In this document: piece by piece, positions 23,992 through 34,718 of the stretch
How positions within the stretch are numbered: the first letter of the stretch is position 1
Layout: the number at the start of each line of letters is the position of its first letter
Source of the DNA: a virus
Taxonomy: Duplodnaviria > Caudoviricetes
DNA length: 45,137 nucleotides
Strand: one strand, 5' to 3'
IMG/VR virus record: IMGVR_UViG_3300049070_000098
Span: 1-45,137 of that record
Position numbers and translations under genes: made by a program
The notes under the pieces: generated by a model
Databases searched by the model: none
Seen by the model: the letters and a program-made list of their open reading frames with translations, nothing else
What the model was told of the DNA's origin: nothing

Positions 23992-26270
23992 ATTCCTAAT
24001 CCAAGACCAAGATCTATGGCATCTCCACCGCCGCCCCCGCCAAGGTTCGGTGAGGTAAATGCACCTGCGTCGTTATATCCTTCGGTGCGAGGATTTCCGT
24101 CTATGTCAAATGGCAAAGTGAGATCAGGGGCGGCATTTCTTAGTGGTGAACCAACCTGCGTGCGATAGTCCCCATCTCCCGCGCCATTACCAATGCCACT
24201 ATATGACTTACGATCCACGAACATCGGATAAGTGTGTGCCTGTGGCGTATTTGCTTGATAACTATACACGCCATACCACTCACAAATAAAGGCTCCGTCT
24301 GATCCGATGTTACTAACTTCCGGGTTTATGTTTCCAGAGAAATCCATCCCATAAAGCGGGTCCCAGTTACCTACACGAGCACCGTCGGGATCAGACACTG
24401 CATCGTCGAACAAATCGCTCTTGATGCCCCACGCGTCTATGTAGTTGCCCTTCAAGGACCAGCCACGACGGTGTTTCAACGTGCTGCCTAGGGAGTTATA
24501 CCCGAAGCCAGTTCTTCCACCGATGAGCGTGTTGTGGACGAAGTCATATTCATCCTGTGGTGTATTTGTAGTAACACTCTCACTAGCGCCGATGAAGCCA
24601 AGAGCACCACCACCCGACTGTTGAGTGCATTCAAAGATGTTCTGGATGATGCAGCACCCGTGTGTGCGAGACGCATCAGAGCCCATGGTGATCATGTCGA
24701 ACGACGAAAGGCGGAAGCCATAGAACTTATTGAAGGCAATAATGCAGCCATCGGGATAAGGTGCAGCGGACCCGGTGATTTCGCCAAGGATAAGGGTTTG
24801 AGAGGCTGCGTAATCAGTGGTTCGCTTATTACCTACCACAAGATATGGCAGGATTGAGTGGCCGAAGCCTGTTAGGTCACAACCACGAACGACCGCGGCT
24901 CCAAGATTGAAAGTTGAGAAGGGACGAATCCCCTGGTCCAGGCGTCGCACTAAACAGTGCGTGAACCACATCACCCCGCCAGTTGTGTTGAAGATGCCCG
25001 TTCCACTCGTGTTGAGGTCGCACTGATCGAACCATAAGCCTAGGATGCCAGCAAACGTGTTGTTTGCATTCGCCGTGATCGTGCAGTTCTCAATCTTTAC
25101 TCGATCACTAATGTCGGAGTCGCCACTAGCAGCGTTTATCGTAACAGCTGAACGAGCCACGCCAGCAGTTGGCTTAACAGTAATCACTGCCTTTGGAACG
25201 TTACCATAGGCATTTGACGAACCAAGCCAGGCATAGTTTCCAGCGTTGAGGTAAACGATTCCTCCACCAACGTCGTTCCTTGACCGATTGGCGTTGTTGT
25301 ATGCCGCAATTGCTGACGCTGCTTTTCCAATTGTTAGAAACTTATATGCCGTAGCTGGATTGAATACAGATTCATCATAGACCGTATTAGCGCCGGAATC
25401 GCTGCCAGTGGGATCAACAAGTGCGACCGTCACGCCATACGTCGCATTCTTGTCGCACAGCACCTTCTGCGGAGAATACCTCGGATGGAGGCCAGTATTC
25501 ACCCCATCATTGCTGTCAAGTATAACGTCACCGATCCATGGATAGATCTTGAAGTTCCAGGTAATGGCGTCCCCTTGCGTGAATGAGGTTTGAGCAACCT
25601 GTCCCTTATATTCAATCACCTTTCCGTGATCTGCCATTGCGCTGTCAATGGTTCCATCGGTCACTAAAACAGTGGCTGTGTGCGCACCCTCGTCCACTGC
25701 ATCAAACCTAACAGCCTGCACCATCTTGCGTTGCTGTGCGTGTCGTTCATAGGCGACGACTCGCATGGTGAGCTGCCCAGTCACGCGCTCGAACTGCGCC
25801 CATGCTGCCAATGCCTTTGGCTTCTTATAGGCTACGGTGGAGTTGTTGGTCACGGCGAAATTGGTCACGGCATTATTACCACCAGCCTGTGTGTAGAAGC
25901 CAGCCAATATCGTTACGGTCGGATCGGTTCCAGAGTTTCCACCACCAACCTTGTCCTTGGCGTAGATCAAGCTGCTCAATCGAACTCGAACAATCACATC
26001 AGAGCCACTCACGGTTTCATCCGCTTGCGCATTGTTGGGATAAGCTTTCCTGAGAAATTTGGTCCCCCACACCGTCCGAACCCTGGTCGTGGGCGTATCA
26101 CCGTCAAAGCCTTTACTAACTACTGTGAATACAACTTTAGCTGCACTAGGAACATTATTTCCGGTGTATCCCATCGCATAGGTTCCACCAGTTCCTTTAC
26201 CTTCTATGGTAATTTCCGCTATGTTCCCAGCAGCGGGAATCACAACGCTCAAAATGTCGCCTGCGGCCAT
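23988..26270 (-). CDS. Large fibre/spike protein with beta-helix region and C-terminal Gly linker plus LGLGLGI
   Basis: LTIGKAA...GGIVYLNAGNY cap; C-terminal P.F...DYR...SP...DIDG.PR...DAGAF motif of secreted beta-helix proteins. Confidence 0.7.
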   Translation of the reverse strand: MAAGDILSVVIPAAGNIAEITIEGKGTGGTYAMGYTGNNVPSAAKVVFTVVSKGFDGDTPTTRVRTVWGTKFLRKAYPNNAQADETVSGSDVIVRVRLSSLIYAKDKVGGGNSGTDPTVTILAGFYTQAGGNNAVTNFAVTNNSTVAYKKPKALAAWAQFERVTGQLTMRVVAYERHAQQRKMVQAVRFDAVDEGAHTATVLVTDGTIDSAMADHGKVIEYKGQVAQTSFTQGDAITWNFKIYPWIGDVILDSNDGVNTGLHPRYSPQKVLCDKNATYGVTVALVDPTGSDSGANTVYDESVFNPATAYKFLTIGKAASAIAAYNNANRSRNDVGGGIVYLNAGNYAWLGSSNAYGNVPKAVITVKPTAGVARSAVTINAASGDSDISDRVKIENCTITANANNTFAGILGLWFDQCDLNTSGTGIFNTTGGVMWFTHCLVRRLDQGIRPFSTFNLGAAVVRGCDLTGFGHSILPYLVVGNKRTTDYAASQTLILGEITGSAAPYPDGCIIAFNKFYGFRLSSFDMITMGSDASRTHGCCIIQNIFECTQQSGGGALGFIGASESVTTNTPQDEYDFVHNTLIGGRTGFGYNSLGSTLKHRRGWSLKGNYIDAWGIKSDLFDDAVSDPDGARVGNWDPLYGMDFSGNINPEVSNIGSDGAFICEWYGVYSYQANTPQAHTYPMFVDRKSYSGIGNGAGDGDYRTQVGSPLRNAAPDLTLPFDIDGNPRTEGYNDAGAFTSPNLGGGGGGDAIDLGLGLGI

Positions 26271-26271
26271 A

Positions 26272-26721
26272 TTAGTGTGAGATGGTTAAACGAGAGCGAT
26301 AAAAGCCAGGTTCTGGTGCCTCATAAACAGCCACATGCACACTTGTCCAGGGGCCAATTTGACTGCTTGCACGCTCAACGACGCTTGTCACACTGATGAT
26401 GCGCGGACTACGTGGAGCAATTGGTGCTGTGGCAGTGCCTCGCACGACATGCACAAGCTCTGAGCTATAATCGCTCTCGATCCCTTCTGTGTTGTATGCA
26501 GTGACTGCGATGTAATATGTCTCGCTTGGATAGAGCGGGATGGTGACCTGGGTCCGGTCGCCGCAATTCCTAACGTCCGTGTAAAATCGCGTGGACTTAC
26601 CCCAGTAGATGCGATATCCAGCGAGGTTGGTTTCCGTGTTCGCGTCCCACGCCACAGTCACAGGCACCTGTGCCCAACCCAGAGTGGCTACAAACAACAA
26701 GATGAGCAGCAATCGACTCAT
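26272..26721 (-). CDS. Secreted fibronectin type III domain protein
   Basis: Sec signal peptide; VTVAWDAN...LAGYRIYWG...TYYIAVTAYN..G.ES.YS. Confidence 0.85.
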   Translation of the reverse strand: MSRLLLILLFVATLGWAQVPVTVAWDANTETNLAGYRIYWGKSTRFYTDVRNCGDRTQVTIPLYPSETYYIAVTAYNTEGIESDYSSELVHVVRGTATAPIAPRSPRIISVTSVVERASSQIGPWTSVHVAVYEAPEPGFYRSRLTISH

Positions 26722-26996
26722 GTCTTCAAGCTTGCCTTATAGGCCACCACAGCCCCTGCGGAAAGAGTTATTGTCGAGAATCGACCATAGATGGTGCGTC
26801 CTACAGGCAACGTCCTACCGTTCAAGTTGGCGTTTGCCCCATTAACGCGGCAACGAGATGTTGGTGTGAGGACTGTGAATACAGCATCAACAGCTCCGAT
26901 GCTTGTTATGGCAACCCAGTCACCTGTAACTGGGGTAGCATCAGTAATCCAGTCCATGCCAAGTTGGCCGAATTCCACATCATTATCGCGCATCAT
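26718..26996 (-). CDS. Small beta-sandwich virion protein, head-spike-base-like
   Basis: 92 aa; TLPVGRTIYGRFSTITLSAGAVVAY pattern seen in small proteins preceding LGLG-anchored fibres. Confidence 0.5.
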   Translation of the reverse strand: MMRDNDVEFGQLGMDWITDATPVTGDWVAITSIGAVDAVFTVLTPTSRCRVNGANANLNGRTLPVGRTIYGRFSTITLSAGAVVAYKASLKT

Positions 26997-29536
26997 TCTG
27001 ACCTTTCTGACGGCCTAAAGATGAAACCTTGATGGTTCTTCGCCTCTATGCCACGTTCCATCCTCTCCAAAGATCCGGGTGCTAACATTTCTTGGAGATT
27101 CCAAAAAATAAAGTAGTCCAAGATTGGTCGGATGTAAAACAAATTTATATACGGCGTGTTATTCTGGAAGAATTTTCCTGCCTCAGCAATTCCCTCCTCG
27201 AATTCACCACGCTGAAACCTGGACTTGATTCCGAAAAGCGTGCTGGCCTGCCCAAGCACTGGTCCGAGGGCCGCATCTGAAGCAGAACGATAATTGCGAT
27301 CATACTCAGCGAAGAGGTAATCGCCCATGATGCCCAGGCCACCGCCCCGTGATAGTGCGTCGGTCAGCACATCCTGATGAAAACCCTCTTCGTCAATGAT
27401 CCTCTTTGGTGTTCGTCCCTTAAGCATGTCACGTATCGCTCCAGAGATATACCCAGCGACACCAGTCATGGCAATCAACATGGCAAGATTGAATTTACCG
27501 GCATGGTCGTTCATGAGGAACTGGCCCGGGCCGCTATTGCCTCTACCATGGATTTCACGGGTAAGTATCTTGGTAATGATCGTGACCGGAAATGACTTGA
27601 AGAGCGTAATCAGCCGCAGGCCCTCTCCTAGAGGAGTCCCAGCCTGTGTTCCAAAATGGAGCCACTTCTTTTCGGCCGCACCAGGGGTTGGTAGGGCATA
27701 GTCAACGCGATCAGCGAGGTATGTGCGGAGCTTCGACTCAAGGGCATCACGCACTCGACGAACGTTCCCCACAGTCGGCTGAAGCTTACTCGATCTGGCG
27801 AGCGCCTCGAGCGCCTCCCACGGGATGGTCTCCACCTTATCGGCAGTGATGAGCTTGGTTCCAGCGATGGGATACCCACCCTTCGGCTCCCACGCTGTGG
27901 CACGAACGAGGTCCCATTCCGCCGGACTTATGTCGTAGAGCTCAAGCATGTTCCTGAGTTGGGGATTGATTTTGTCGAATGCCAGGTGTGCATTATCCCC
28001 AAGTTCGGCGACCATGAGCTTGGCCGCGGCGCCCTTGAGGCGGTCCGTCCACCAGTTCATGAAGTTCAGGTCGAAGAACTTCTGTTGCGCGCGATGAAAC
28101 ATGCCAGGCACGGTAGTGTGGAGCGTATATCGTGCAACATTGCTCCCGATCATGCCATCAATAGCAATACCCTGATAGCGAAAGAACTTTTCCTCCTCAC
28201 CGGACCTCACTGCCAGGGACTTGATCGACTCAGCGATGGTCTGCATCCTGGAGATCCCCTGGTGGGCCATCTCCCAATTCATGAAGACCGTGTCAGAGAG
28301 CGCATTCAGCAGAGTCCCACCCATCTTGGCGAGGATGGTGACTGCCTTAACGACATTAAGGTGCTGCGTGAGTCCCCAGTTCTGGGGGATATCCGCCTTG
28401 CCTGAGACGGTCTCGAACGCGGCTCGCAGCTTCCAGGTCTTGAGGGAATCCACCTGTTTATCCGCATCAGCATGTGTGCGATATTCCTCAGCGAGTTCAA
28501 TCGCCACTGAATTCCACGTGAGCTCTGGATTGGGACCCAGATTCTCCATCAGTGCGATGTTCCTAGACCTGAAGTAGACGTCAGAGAATACTGCGTCACG
28601 AAAGCTCTTGATGCCGAAGCGCTGATTGTAGTCGAACGCAGCCTCCCAGTCCTTGAAGTGAAGGACGCGCTCGTGGCTCGCCTTCTGATGAAGTCCCTGC
28701 GTAATGCCCGGGAAACGCATCTGATTCTCATCCCCAGCGGGGCCATGCACCCCCGTGTAGAGCCCCTCATGCACATTCTTGAGGAAGCGTTCGGGATCCT
28801 CGCCCATGAATGTGCGGTCATGGTCTAGGCGATCCCACACAAAGTCGCGCCATGCCTTAAAAGATGCGTCCCTATTCTTGAGGCCAGGGCCTCCGGCAGC
28901 ACGTATTTCGCCTCGATCGTGAGACTGCCTAAGAATCCAACCGGGAAGCTTAACAATGAACGCTCCGGCTCGATTCTGCTGGGCAACCATGTCAGCGGTA
29001 ACAGACTCCACGATCTGGGCGATTTTCTGAGCGGCCTTGTTGTTTGAGCTGCCGGGCTTCCCATTGGGGGTGGAGAGCTCCCACATCTCGTGGAAGACAT
29101 CACGCTCGTGTTCATTGCGTCGGAAATCACCGAGGACGCCGGCTTCCTCCAGCTCGGCGACCAATCGCCCAAAGTATTTTCCATGTAAAGCCTTCGCCTG
29201 ATAATCCACCGAGAGCCTAGCGCCACGGACCTTCTCCTTACCACCCTCCAAGTAGGCAAGGAGTCCTGATCCGATAGTGGGGAAGTTTGACACGAACTTC
29301 TTGATGTGACGCTTCTTTTGGATGGTTAGTAGGGCGGCACGCTTCCTAACGTTGTGGAGCGTAACTTCCTCAGCCTTGAGCTCACCAATAACATCGGCTA
29401 AGGCCTGATCGAGTGCGACTCCCAGGCGTAATGCACGCTGCTCAGCGAGGCGCTTAACGCGAGCGAGGAATGCCTCCGCCTCCTGAGGAGTCATCTGCGA
29501 ATTCTGGTTAACCTTCGTTGCGCAGGGTGTTGGCAT
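26993..29536 (-). CDS. Internal virion (ejection) protein
   Basis: Large helical protein at the end of the podovirus core-protein cluster; LFKSFP and GGGLGIMGD segments. Confidence 0.7.
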   Translation of the reverse strand: MPTPCATKVNQNSQMTPQEAEAFLARVKRLAEQRALRLGVALDQALADVIGELKAEEVTLHNVRKRAALLTIQKKRHIKKFVSNFPTIGSGLLAYLEGGKEKVRGARLSVDYQAKALHGKYFGRLVAELEEAGVLGDFRRNEHERDVFHEMWELSTPNGKPGSSNNKAAQKIAQIVESVTADMVAQQNRAGAFIVKLPGWILRQSHDRGEIRAAGGPGLKNRDASFKAWRDFVWDRLDHDRTFMGEDPERFLKNVHEGLYTGVHGPAGDENQMRFPGITQGLHQKASHERVLHFKDWEAAFDYNQRFGIKSFRDAVFSDVYFRSRNIALMENLGPNPELTWNSVAIELAEEYRTHADADKQVDSLKTWKLRAAFETVSGKADIPQNWGLTQHLNVVKAVTILAKMGGTLLNALSDTVFMNWEMAHQGISRMQTIAESIKSLAVRSGEEEKFFRYQGIAIDGMIGSNVARYTLHTTVPGMFHRAQQKFFDLNFMNWWTDRLKGAAAKLMVAELGDNAHLAFDKINPQLRNMLELYDISPAEWDLVRATAWEPKGGYPIAGTKLITADKVETIPWEALEALARSSKLQPTVGNVRRVRDALESKLRTYLADRVDYALPTPGAAEKKWLHFGTQAGTPLGEGLRLITLFKSFPVTIITKILTREIHGRGNSGPGQFLMNDHAGKFNLAMLIAMTGVAGYISGAIRDMLKGRTPKRIIDEEGFHQDVLTDALSRGGGLGIMGDYLFAEYDRNYRSASDAALGPVLGQASTLFGIKSRFQRGEFEEGIAEAGKFFQNNTPYINLFYIRPILDYFIFWNLQEMLAPGSLERMERGIEAKNHQGFIFRPSERSE

Positions 29537-31446
29537 TACTTAATACTCCTCCTTATGCAGTCCGCCGCAATATCGATCGCCTTAGTCTCTGGGGGAGTGA
29601 CGGCATCAAGCAGGGCTCGCTCCTCAGGGCTCATTGGGACGGACTCATCCATCATGAACAGGGCTTCTTCGAGGGTATAGCGACCCTGATCAAGTTTCAT
29701 GAACTCCTTACTGCCAGGAATGTCGTAACCCTCAGCTTGAAGTTTTTCGGGGTTCTTGGACCACTTGTTCTGGCTACCAGTGATGTCATCGACCTGGACA
29801 TACCCCGGATCTCCCGGCACTTGCGGACGTTGAACAGTTACTCGCCAATTGAGGTCGGGGGCTTTTCTGGGGGCGTCACCACCCTTGGAGGCATCGGCGG
29901 AGGAATCTTCCCCTTCTGATTTGATCCCAAGATCTTTCTCCAATTGCCGAACATCCTCATCAATTGCCGAAGCCGTTCTTTCCAACTCATTTCGTTCGAA
30001 TCCATACTTCCTTATTTGGTCGGGGGTTAATATGCGTCCAAGAATCTTCTGGCGTTCAATCTCGGCAAGGACTTCATCGCTAAATGTCTTAGTAGGGTCA
30101 TATTCCCGCTTACGTGCCTCAACGAATTCAGCAATCCTCTTCTGTCGCTCCACCTCAACTAAGGCAGCAACGTCTGGCCTAGCGAAGAACTCCTCCTCAC
30201 GAATACGTAAATCGCGAACAAACTTAGCATTTAGCGATTGCTCACCCTGTTTTCCAAGCGTGCCCTCAAGGCCCTGGTCGCGCAGAAAATCTAAGTCATC
30301 GGCAGCATCCTCCAATAGGAAGAGGCCGAAATCTTCTGCTCCAGCCTTCTTGGGTCCCAAAGCGCGCGCATCTAAAAACTTAAAAGCTTGTTCACGAGAA
30401 ATGAATTTACCCTTTGCCGTAAAGAATCCATCAACAGAGCCCTGAGTTCCCGCCCCCTCAATTATGTAGTGTATTGGCCCGATATTGATCGTGCCATCAG
30501 ACAGCTTAACGGCTGCTGCCACAACCTCATCGTCGAACTCCTCACGAACCACCCGCCTGATCTCACGCTCATTGAGATTCAAGACTGCCTCATCCTTAGC
30601 CTGAGACGCGTCGAAAGCCACGCGCTCACGAATCCTGGCCTCGTCAATCTCGACGAACTGGTGAACCTTGAAGTCCTCACCCTTGAGGAATTGCTCGACA
30701 GCTTGTTCCGCAAGAACCTTCTTAGTCTCCGGGGATAATCGTCGAAACAGTCGAGCAGCTCCCGTTACACCCAGGTGTATTGCGCCACCGAGTATGGAGC
30801 CCCCAACTATATTCGTGATGGAGTCGAACGTTCCATACTGTTCGAGATTAAGCTCCTTGGCCATCCTAATGGGAACTTCCGCAATAGCCTGACCAACAGC
30901 GCCCTCGATAATAGCCCCCGTAAGCTTAGGGAATGGGACGCGAGACGCCGCTAACGCCTCCTCAGTTATGAGACCTCGAACCAGGGAAGTTCGAAACGTC
31001 CCACGTCCCATGAGGGCTGATGCTCGCGCATACTTCTCCGACCCAACCACGGGCATGAAGTTGAGCGCAAAATCCAGGGGATTGGTGAACGATGACAGGA
31101 CTCCAACTCCCAGACCTCCCCACCAACGTCCGGAGAAGGTCTCGGCAGAATCCATTAAAAGCTCACGGTCCAATCGTCGCTGGTGACGCTCACGCATCAT
31201 TTTGGCGACGGACTCATAAACTGGCTCCTGGAAATTGAGCCCTGGAACAGAATACTTCTTATTAGCCTCCTCAGAACTAATCCTGCGACCTTCGCCATAG
31301 ATGTAGTTCTCGGTCATCTGGGATATGGACGAGAACGCGCTGTCCTCAATCCCCTGATCCCAAGCCGCACCAAGGTATCGTCCGAGTGGAACATCCACCC
31401 GATTAACGACGCCCGATCTACGAGGCTCTACCTGTGAAAAGATCAC
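29536..31446 (-). CDS. Internal virion (ejection) protein
   Basis: Gly/Ala-rich hydrophobic segments; synteny. Confidence 0.65.
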   Translation of the reverse strand: MIFSQVEPRRSGVVNRVDVPLGRYLGAAWDQGIEDSAFSSISQMTENYIYGEGRRISSEEANKKYSVPGLNFQEPVYESVAKMMRERHQRRLDRELLMDSAETFSGRWWGGLGVGVLSSFTNPLDFALNFMPVVGSEKYARASALMGRGTFRTSLVRGLITEEALAASRVPFPKLTGAIIEGAVGQAIAEVPIRMAKELNLEQYGTFDSITNIVGGSILGGAIHLGVTGAARLFRRLSPETKKVLAEQAVEQFLKGEDFKVHQFVEIDEARIRERVAFDASQAKDEAVLNLNEREIRRVVREEFDDEVVAAAVKLSDGTINIGPIHYIIEGAGTQGSVDGFFTAKGKFISREQAFKFLDARALGPKKAGAEDFGLFLLEDAADDLDFLRDQGLEGTLGKQGEQSLNAKFVRDLRIREEEFFARPDVAALVEVERQKRIAEFVEARKREYDPTKTFSDEVLAEIERQKILGRILTPDQIRKYGFERNELERTASAIDEDVRQLEKDLGIKSEGEDSSADASKGGDAPRKAPDLNWRVTVQRPQVPGDPGYVQVDDITGSQNKWSKNPEKLQAEGYDIPGSKEFMKLDQGRYTLEEALFMMDESVPMSPEERALLDAVTPPETKAIDIAADCIRRSIK

Positions 31447-33800
31447 TTGTTCCCCCTACGATCTGGTGGAATAAACTTATCGTCCACCGTGTTCGGAGCT
31501 CCCTTGCGAATCCCAGGTCGAATCCAGTATGGCATTCCAGGCCAATTCGTCACAGTCCTCTTCGTTCCAAACAAGTTTCCAAGACCAAGGAAATTTCCCT
31601 CAGTTGTGTATATGTCCTGATCCTTGGGGAATTCAGGTATGCGACGCACTCCTGAGAGCGGATGCGTAGTGCTGAGGAAGTCTGGAAGCTCATCGAAGTA
31701 TATCCGCAACTCCTGGCCATTCGTATCAGTAACTTGGAATGGTAAACCAGCATCGTCAGGAAAGTAGACTGTCACGCTCTGACCATCAGGACTAAGCTGA
31801 AAGAATGAACGCTCACGAAGCTGCTCATAGAAGTGGTTCCACTTCTGCTCGTCGGTCTGAAACTTCTTAAGCATTGGGAAATTCTGAACGTTCACGTGTC
31901 GAGGATCGAGATGCTCAAGCGCAATCTCGAGGCGACGTCCCAGGTCCTCGACCTCCTCATCAGGACGATCGGTCCCATTGGGACGCTGCTTGGTAATGGC
32001 AAGTGGCTGTCCATTCACGGACGTGAATCCAAGCTCAGAGCTTACAAGCATTCCAATGGACTTCTTAACTGCGTCCTTGGGATCATGCCCCTGATTAACC
32101 ATCAGGGCATTTGCATATGCGAGGATGGCTTCACGATAACCCTCCACCTCATCCGCCCGCTGGGAATTATCAACCACGTGAGTTCTCCGAAACTTAACCC
32201 ACGTCGAATTCTTATCGACCTCCTTACCTAAAGTTTCCTTGGTTTCTGGGTTAAGCTTACCAAGCTCCTTCACCTTGTCGATGGCCCCAATGAGGGAATC
32301 CACCCAGAACTTATTCCGGTGAGTAACAACCATCCGATAATCAGGCCTGAGTGACTGACCAGCAGGAGGCAGCACGGCCAGGTCACGTAACGCGATATGC
32401 TTATCCTGGTCATCAGGAAACTGGGCCAGCAGCGAGTCGATCTGCCCGAGGACCTCACTCGCAGTTCCCTTATTGATGGCATTGGCAGTCTCGGTCGCTA
32501 CGCCAACATCAAGGAGGCTGACGTCATCCGTCGACAGTCCAAGATACCACTCAGGATTGGGCGCCTTCTCCGGGGCACGTCCCTGATACTTCTTGATGGC
32601 GACATTCCTGAGACTAGATGCCTGTTGACGATCAGATTGAGTGGCGGCCTCCTCGACCTCCTTAGTGAGGCGCTTAACCTCTGGATTATGTTGAGTCAGC
32701 CACGCCACTCGATTCGTCTTCTGGAGCTGGACCAGTCCACGAACCTTATCGTCCAGTATCCTCAGAACCGTCCGATCCTCAAGCGTTCGCACATCTTTGC
32801 TCAAGGACTCAAACGCGGCGGATACGGTGTGAGCATTACTTGGGGCGAACTTCTCCATGAATTGATTCGCACGAACATGGACCGCCACATGAAAGTCATC
32901 CTTACGCTTCTGTCGCTCTGCCTCAGCTCCCTTACCATAAACAGCCTCATACAGGCGCAGCGGAAGAGGCTTATCCACGACACCAAATTCAGCCTGAACG
33001 ATGTGATCTTCGCGCGTCTCCTCAAACTTATCCACGAGAAGATTACGGCTCTCCTTGAGGGATTGTTCGAGCTGATTCTTGAGCGAGGATCGACTCCTCT
33101 CATCGAGGAACTTGTCAGTCTCGATGATCATCTTCGCAAAGCCAGGATTCTTGTCCATGGCTCCGAGCGCCATCTCAATGGCAAGATTCTCACGCATCTC
33201 GCGCGACTTTTCCGGGGCCAGTTGTCCGAAGACCTGGTCGATGTATCCCCCGATCCTCTCATATTCCCGGTTTAGTTCACCGAGTGCCTCTGGCATTGCG
33301 CCTGACTCCCTATAGATACCTAGGGCATTCGAGGTCTGTTCATTGACACTCTGTATGGTCTTTTGAATCTTGAGGTCTTGCCCCACCTTCGTAAGAGTCG
33401 TGTATCGAGAAAAGATGAAGTCCCCGATCTGATTTCGGTAAGCTTTCGCGGCCTTAGCGGAAGGTGCACTCGACTCATATTGCGAGATCCTCTCATTCGC
33501 GTGCGTCCAGAAGTTTTCCCCAACATTCTCATCGTTCTTTCCGAGCTCAGCCATGGCCCACGAATGTAGGTAGTGCCGCTCCTGACCAATGCTATCATTA
33601 ACCCAGCGAACCTCCTCAAACTGTCGACGCTGCTGGTCGATCTGAAGCTTAGCCCCCGCAATGGTCTGGACTCCCCTCGACAGTCCCGACAATCCCGACG
33701 CAATGCGATCATCGACCACTAACTCAGACGGATTACCCAACGGACTGGTGGAACCAGACCTTATCGCCGAATCAGACAGAATTGTTGGTATCTTTGCCAT
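31443..33800 (-). CDS. Internal virion (ejection) protein
   Basis: MAKIPT start, long helical body; synteny. Confidence 0.65.
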   Translation of the reverse strand: MAKIPTILSDSAIRSGSTSPLGNPSELVVDDRIASGLSGLSRGVQTIAGAKLQIDQQRRQFEEVRWVNDSIGQERHYLHSWAMAELGKNDENVGENFWTHANERISQYESSAPSAKAAKAYRNQIGDFIFSRYTTLTKVGQDLKIQKTIQSVNEQTSNALGIYRESGAMPEALGELNREYERIGGYIDQVFGQLAPEKSREMRENLAIEMALGAMDKNPGFAKMIIETDKFLDERSRSSLKNQLEQSLKESRNLLVDKFEETREDHIVQAEFGVVDKPLPLRLYEAVYGKGAEAERQKRKDDFHVAVHVRANQFMEKFAPSNAHTVSAAFESLSKDVRTLEDRTVLRILDDKVRGLVQLQKTNRVAWLTQHNPEVKRLTKEVEEAATQSDRQQASSLRNVAIKKYQGRAPEKAPNPEWYLGLSTDDVSLLDVGVATETANAINKGTASEVLGQIDSLLAQFPDDQDKHIALRDLAVLPPAGQSLRPDYRMVVTHRNKFWVDSLIGAIDKVKELGKLNPETKETLGKEVDKNSTWVKFRRTHVVDNSQRADEVEGYREAILAYANALMVNQGHDPKDAVKKSIGMLVSSELGFTSVNGQPLAITKQRPNGTDRPDEEVEDLGRRLEIALEHLDPRHVNVQNFPMLKKFQTDEQKWNHFYEQLRERSFFQLSPDGQSVTVYFPDDAGLPFQVTDTNGQELRIYFDELPDFLSTTHPLSGVRRIPEFPKDQDIYTTEGNFLGLGNLFGTKRTVTNWPGMPYWIRPGIRKGAPNTVDDKFIPPDRRGNK

Positions 33801-34294
33801 TAGCTTATGTCGGGATTTCTTATTCGTGAATATGACCCATACGCGCTTAACGTATCCCCAGTGCCCTCAAAGAGGATGGACGCCGCACGTCGATGAGCTG
33901 ATGCTCTAGCACTTCGACCCTCGAGTCGCGATAACCGAGCACCAGAGCGTTGAGCATTTGCTGCAATTCTTCCGGCATACAGCGCCGACATACGATCAAG
34001 CTCAGCCTCAGAATATGAGTCAAACTCCACATCCTCACGTGAAGCACCAAGAACTCCATTCTTACCAAAACCAGCTCGCTGCTTACCAATAAGTAAACGA
34101 TTACGCTTAACAATCCTATCGGCCTCATACTGGGCCTGCTGGGAAGCAGCAAGTGCGTTATTCTCCTGAACCTGTGCATTAAACTTCGCAACATCTGAGG
34201 CCTGCTCACCCTGCTCAATAGCTGAATGGATACCATACCCAGCCCCCACAGCTGAAACTGCGACTGAGAGTAATGCTATCGTCTCAAGACCCAT
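33800..34294 (-). CDS. Small internal virion protein (T7 gp14-like position)
   Basis: Hydrophobic Ala/Gly N-terminus and Q/A-rich helix with G.QRA.FG..GV; start at ATG 34294. Confidence 0.75.
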   Translation of the reverse strand: MGLETIALLSVAVSAVGAGYGIHSAIEQGEQASDVAKFNAQVQENNALAASQQAQYEADRIVKRNRLLIGKQRAGFGKNGVLGASREDVEFDSYSEAELDRMSALYAGRIAANAQRSGARLSRLEGRSARASAHRRAASILFEGTGDTLSAYGSYSRIRNPDIS

Positions 34295-34718
34295 AAAGCC
34301 TCGCAAATAGGTAACGATCTTCACCGTTCCAGAGATACTTCCTCATGATGCACTCCAAGTGAAAGCCAAGGAATGCAGCCCAGCGACACATCTCCGGAAC
34401 CTTAGGCGTGGTCATCTGCAACCGATGATAGGTCCCCTGGGACTGAACATATTCCAGGGTTTTAAGGACGCCCCGACCCAGCATTAGTGGATGCTTGAGA
34501 AGATCATCAGTCGCTGAGACCCACGCCTCGCCAACGCCCCTCCAGAGATTCACAATGCCACCAATGCCAGTCACTCTACCGTCATCCACGAGTGCCCAGC
34601 CAGGCTGTGCGAGGAGGGCATCCCACGAATAGCGTTCAGCTAACGGAGTTCGACCCACCTCCGCATACTGAACGTGCAGCTCAATGTGCTCGCGATTCAA
34701 TGGAAGTATCACGCTCAT
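34284..34718 (-). CDS. GNAT-fold virion-assembly protein (T7 gp13-like position)
   Basis: GIGG...W.GVGEAW...RW..FLGF..E..MRKY motif. Confidence 0.75.
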   Translation of the reverse strand: MSVILPLNREHIELHVQYAEVGRTPLAERYSWDALLAQPGWALVDDGRVTGIGGIVNLWRGVGEAWVSATDDLLKHPLMLGRGVLKTLEYVQSQGTYHRLQMTTPKVPEMCRWAAFLGFHLECIMRKYLWNGEDRYLFARLYGS

